Both the position numbers and the translations under genes were made by a program. From a virus (Duplodnaviria; Heunggongvirae; Uroviricota; Caudoviricetes): a stretch of DNA of 9,336 nt. The notes beneath the pieces were generated by a model. It had not been told where the DNA came from, searched no databases, and was given only the letters and a program-made list of their open reading frames with translations. Below are positions 6,983-9,336 of the stretch, piece by piece. The DNA lies in IMG/VR virus record IMGVR_UViG_2734482772_000015, positions 1 to 9,336 of that record; one strand, given 5' to 3'. Each line of letters opens with the position of its first letter. The first letter of the stretch is position 1.

Positions 6983-8128
6983 TTACTCACCAGCCTGAAT
7001 TTCCAGAATCTTGATGGCGTTCGAATCCACCACACCACCGCCCAGATATTTCTGGGTATAGATGTTAATGAATCCGGGTTCGCTGAAGTCCGGACGGGTA
7101 CGCGTACCGGTTTCATGGTCAACGATGAAATAACCGCGCTTAAAGTCACCTACTGCAATCACACCGTCCGGCATAAATTCCAGATATTCAACCGGAAGCC
7201 CCAGCAGAGAATCAGGATCACCAGCCTGTAAACGATCGCGCCAGATGTAATCACCAGTGGCATTTTTCAGTTTTTGTGCGGAGGCGGCTGTATTTGAGTT
7301 CATCACCCATACAGCTTTTTTGCGGTACTTATTGCGCAGCGTAAATTTCAGGTCAATCAGCATGTCGGCGCTGAGACTGCCAGTAACTTTTTTCGTCTGG
7401 AGCGTACCGAAAGGACGGGTTTTGTCGTTATCCGCAGTGCGCGGGAACGCCAGGAAACCTTTAGCTTTTTTCTCGCCGTCACCGGAAACCAGATCCGTTT
7501 CTTCGGTATCAACGAAAGTGTCGCCAATTTCAGAAGATAACCAGCTCATAATATCGACTTCGGAAAAATCGATAATTTCCTGAGTGGTTTTCGGGTAAGC
7601 GTAGATCGGATACAGGCGGATGCTGACTTCGTTCAGTTTCGGCGTTGCCGTCTGGTTACGTGCCGCACCTTCCTCGCCATGCTCAACCACCGCGCCACCA
7701 GCGGAAACCAGTTGCTTAAATTCATTGCTGTGAATGGTTTTAACGGTACAGATTTTGCGCATCACCGATTCATCGGCAAGCTGGCGCATAATCTCTTTAT
7801 TCAGCTCGGGAATAACGGTATAGCCACCATCAGCCGGGACACTGCCGGACAGGTTGCGGGTTTCCCCGGTCAGAATGTAAGAGCGCAGTTCATCTTTGGT
7901 GATTTTCTCTTCGACGGAAACACCAGGCTGGTTACGTTCTTCATCCGCAACAGCTTCAAGACGGGAAATTTCTGTGTCGAGGGAATCGGCTTTTGCACGC
8001 AGTTCATCAAACTGTTTGCCCTCGTCATCGTTCAGGCTGCGGTTTTCACTGTCGGCTTTTTCCAGCAGGGATCGCATCTGGTTTTTCAGGGCGGTTTTTT
8101 GCTGGCGGAGTTCGATTAATTTCTTCAT
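6983..8128 (-). CDS. major capsid protein (HK97 fold) with N-terminal scaffolding (delta) domain
   Basis: 381 aa with ATG at 8126-8128. The first ~100 residues are coiled-coil-like and charged (delta domain), followed by a capsid-like body ending in a Gly-rich C-terminus. Confidence 0.9.
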   Translation of the reverse strand: MKKLIELRQQKTALKNQMRSLLEKADSENRSLNDDEGKQFDELRAKADSLDTEISRLEAVADEERNQPGVSVEEKITKDELRSYILTGETRNLSGSVPADGGYTVIPELNKEIMRQLADESVMRKICTVKTIHSNEFKQLVSAGGAVVEHGEEGAARNQTATPKLNEVSIRLYPIYAYPKTTQEIIDFSEVDIMSWLSSEIGDTFVDTEETDLVSGDGEKKAKGFLAFPRTADNDKTRPFGTLQTKKVTGSLSADMLIDLKFTLRNKYRKKAVWVMNSNTAASAQKLKNATGDYIWRDRLQAGDPDSLLGLPVEYLEFMPDGVIAVGDFKRGYFIVDHETGTRTRPDFSEPGFINIYTQKYLGGGVVDSNAIKILEIQAGE

Positions 8129-8198
8129 GAAGGTTTTCTCGTATTGGTTAAGATTCAGGACGTGAAACCAACACGGAGGGAGCGCCGCCCGACACTCT

Positions 8199-8247
8199 CG
8201 GCATCTCGCAGATCAACCCGGCATCGCGCAGGGGGTCAGGCGGCATT
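8199..8247 (-). promoter_or_regulatory. phased direct repeats upstream of the capsid operon (candidate activator site / late promoter region)
   Basis: CGGCATCTCGCA at 8199-8210, CGGCATCGCGCA at 8219-8230 and CGGCATT at 8241-8247 are spaced about 20-22 bp apart, 70-120 nt upstream of the capsid ATG in the 245-bp gap. Confidence 0.3.
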
Positions 8248-8361
8248 GTGGCGGCTCACGTCTGAGTGCCACACGCCAACATATACATAAAAATCAGTAT
8301 GTAAATATCAGCCAGAATCACTGAACAGCCAGAAACAACCACGAACAAATAATTTACAAAA

Positions 8362-8390
8362 CCTGAAAAGAAAACCCGGAAAAATCCGGG
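8362..8390 (-). terminator. putative intrinsic terminator after the 82-aa ORF
   Basis: Minus-strand RNA reads CCCGGA-UUUU-UCCGGG followed by UUUUCUUUUCAGG, beginning 12 nt after the stop codon at 8402-8404. The stem is short (6 bp). Confidence 0.45.
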
Positions 8391-8401
8391 CCTTTATCGC
8401 T

Positions 8402-8650
8402 TTACTGTTTCATGGAATCCCGCATTCTGCGTCTTATTTTCCACAGATATTCGATCATCGCTTCCACCTGCTCACGGTTGGTTGCGAAAATTTCCCCTGT
8501 CAGTGAGCTACGCAGAAAATCATGATGATCTACAAAAAACAACGCATCGGAAGAAAGCAGACGGCGATATTTTTTTGCTGTCGTGGTTTCCAGATCATCA
8601 AAACCATGAAACTTTTTATGTTGCTGGACTTCTTCAAATGTCACTGGCAT
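8402..8650 (-). CDS. hypothetical 82-aa protein
   Basis: ATG at 8648-8650 with a strong SD (GGGGGGA) and good spacing after the SSB stop. No family recognised. Confidence 0.5.
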   Translation of the reverse strand: MPVTFEEVQQHKKFHGFDDLETTTAKKYRRLLSSDALFFVDHHDFLRSSLTGEIFATNREQVEAMIEYLWKIRRRMRDSMKQ

Positions 8651-8668
8651 GTATCCCCCCTGTTATCG

Positions 8669-9094
8669 CTAAAACGGTATTTCATCCCCGTACGGGTCAT
8701 CGTGCTGGCCTGTCTGTTGTTTTGCCCTGTTCAGTGCGTCAGTGGCCTGCCCCTGCTGGCCTTTTTTGCCACCAGGTCGCGCCGTTCGCGCACTGATTAC
8801 GCTGTCTGCGATAACCTGCCAGCCCTGCCGCGTTTCCCCGTTCTGGCCTGTCCACTGGCTTACCTGCATGTTACCCGCCACGCTCACCAGCTCGCCTTTG
8901 TGGTGTTTTGCCAGTGCGTCGGCCTGTCTGCCAAACGCCAGGACGGATAACCACATCATCGCCGTTCCGTCATCTGCCTGGCTGCACGGCAGGGGGACCG
9001 CCATGCTCGCCATAGCCATTTGTGTGCCCTTGCTGGTGGTCTTTAACTGTGGGTCAGCCACCAGCCGTCCGTAAGCCGCTATCTGTGCTGTCAT
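8669..9094 (-). CDS. ssb: single-stranded DNA-binding protein (SSB-like)
   Basis: 141 aa with an OB-fold-like N-terminal core, a Gly/Gln-rich linker, and an acidic C-terminal tip ...DDPYGDEIPF (compare the canonical SSB tip DDDIPF). Its start overlaps the upstream ORF stop (ATGA). Confidence 0.75.
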   Translation of the reverse strand: MTAQIAAYGRLVADPQLKTTSKGTQMAMASMAVPLPCSQADDGTAMMWLSVLAFGRQADALAKHHKGELVSVAGNMQVSQWTGQNGETRQGWQVIADSVISARTARPGGKKGQQGQATDALNRAKQQTGQHDDPYGDEIPF

Positions 9095-9336
9095 GCTGTC
9101 TGCTCTCCGGTTTTAACGTTGATGGTTGTCACCTGTTCCGCTTCGGCAATCTCCCGTTCTGTCAGCGTGGCAAAGTTTGCAGCTGCCGTTGTCATGAATG
9201 AGCTAATCAGTTCGGGATGTGCTTTCGCATATCCTTCCCCGGCGTTGCGGTCGATGATTTTTATCGACACCCTTAACCAGTGTTCCGTCAAATCAAGGGC
9301 GTGCGATTGTGATTTTTTTGTGTGCTTCGCTGTCAT
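9091..9336 (-). CDS. hypothetical 81-aa protein (start coincides with window edge; may extend upstream)
   Basis: The ORF begins at an ATG at 9334-9336 and is translationally coupled to ssb. No family recognised. The true start cannot be verified because the window ends here. Confidence 0.4.
   Translation of the reverse strand: MTAKHTKKSQSHALDLTEHWLRVSIKIIDRNAGEGYAKAHPELISSFMTTAAANFATLTEREIAEAEQVTTINVKTGEQTA

Noticed and set aside
7679-8119. 146-aa plus-strand ORF inside the capsid gene, and similar antisense ORFs inside portal, terL and the connector (e.g. 5407-5682, 2164-2559, 6004-6249)
   Set aside because: Shadow ORFs antisense to well-supported genes, with low-complexity or Cys/Phe-rich translations and no start context.

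Overview
The window holds the enterobacterial hpt gene (minus strand, 1-537), a roughly 1 kb repeat-rich non-coding zone (about 790-1500), and then one tightly packed minus-strand operon (1846-9336). In transcription order that operon encodes a small protein, an SSB-like protein, a small protein, a terminator, then HK97-type major capsid protein, prohead protease, portal, gp6-like head-tail connector, HNH endonuclease, a 285-bp non-coding gap (candidate cos site), terminase small and large subunits, and a coupled 96-aa ORF. No tail, lysis or tail-fibre genes lie between this module and hpt. A head-only cos-packaging module with capsid genes ahead of HNH-TerS-TerL, beside a housekeeping gene, is what I would expect of a capsid-forming phage satellite (cf-PICI-like) rather than a complete prophage; the gene order of cf-PICIs is from memory, not verified. 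The non-coding zone holds two 118-bp direct repeats with three hairpins each, two degenerate 85-bp repeats, and an iteron-flanked AT-rich segment that looks like a replication origin or recombinase arm-site cluster. All protein calls rest on remembered family hallmarks; no database search was run. The ORF track uses alternative start codons, so starts were re-checked by hand.
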